Positions 63,514 through 64,000 of a DNA stretch of 64,000 bases are shown here, piece after piece; position 1 is the first letter of the stretch, and every line of letters begins with the position of its first letter. The DNA is from Tubiluchus corallicola (lineage: Eukaryota; Animalia; Priapulida). The stretch is taken from positions 124,001 to 188,000 of the forward strand of contig JAQGDQ010000084.1 of NCBI GenBank assembly GCA_030141605.1, read 5' to 3'. The notes beneath the pieces are model-generated. The model was not told the DNA's origin. It saw only the letters and a list, made by a program, of their open reading frames with translations, and searched no databases. A program made the position numbers and the translations under genes.

Positions 63514-64000
63514 AACAAAATATCACTCAATGTAAAGTCGATTTTACTAAACAATAACATTTAATGACTGAATCACGTTGAACTGTTCGAGATGAGATTA
63601 AGATCACGATAAATATTTTTCAAATGCAAAAATCGAGATAAAAACAACAACACGCTGAAGTAACTATGACCTCCTACTCTGCAAATAATAAATAATAAAA
63701 AACGTTTTGCTTGTAAATCAAAGCAGAAAACAACACGATAGGCTCCCTGTGAAATTCGGGAAACACGTAAATACAATAGTACATTAACCGGGGTTTCAAT
63801 AACAAAAATGAAACACCCAAAAATTACATAGCTCCAAATTTCAAACCAACTGCTTTAGTTTAGCAAAATAACTTGAAAATGGTTTGCAAATGCTAATCCT
63901 ATAAGCATTTTCACGTTTCCAGCGTTTCATGATCATCGTGTAGACGTCATAGGTAAACTGAGCCAGACAACACATTTGTGTACACTTCACAACGCGTCGC

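Overview
AT-rich, repeat-dense genomic DNA of an animal, most likely an invertebrate (GT-AG spliceosomal introns, no prokaryotic features). Manual splicing gives four complete genes whose intron phases all fit: RAB5IF/C20orf24 (+, 4 exons, 123 aa); a cathepsin A-type S10 serine carboxypeptidase (-, 11 exons, ~487 aa, catalytic triad intact); a quiver/sleepless-like Ly6 three-finger protein (+, 3 exons, ~143 aa); and a cuticlin-like ZP-domain membrane protein (-, 9 coding exons, ~500 aa) with an Arg/Asp-rich insert. A frameshifted ankyrin-repeat array lies near 56-58 kb. The rest is mobile and repetitive DNA: hAT-, Kolobok-, Harbinger- and pogo-like MITEs, a HINE-like element, decayed and nested LINEs, a 5S rRNA-derived SINE, minisatellites and microsatellites. 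The most unusual item is a non-coding family, seen at three loci, that joins a ~60-bp tandem array to a Penelope-type terminus carrying a degenerate minimal hammerhead-ribozyme motif. All calls were made by eye, with no database searches.
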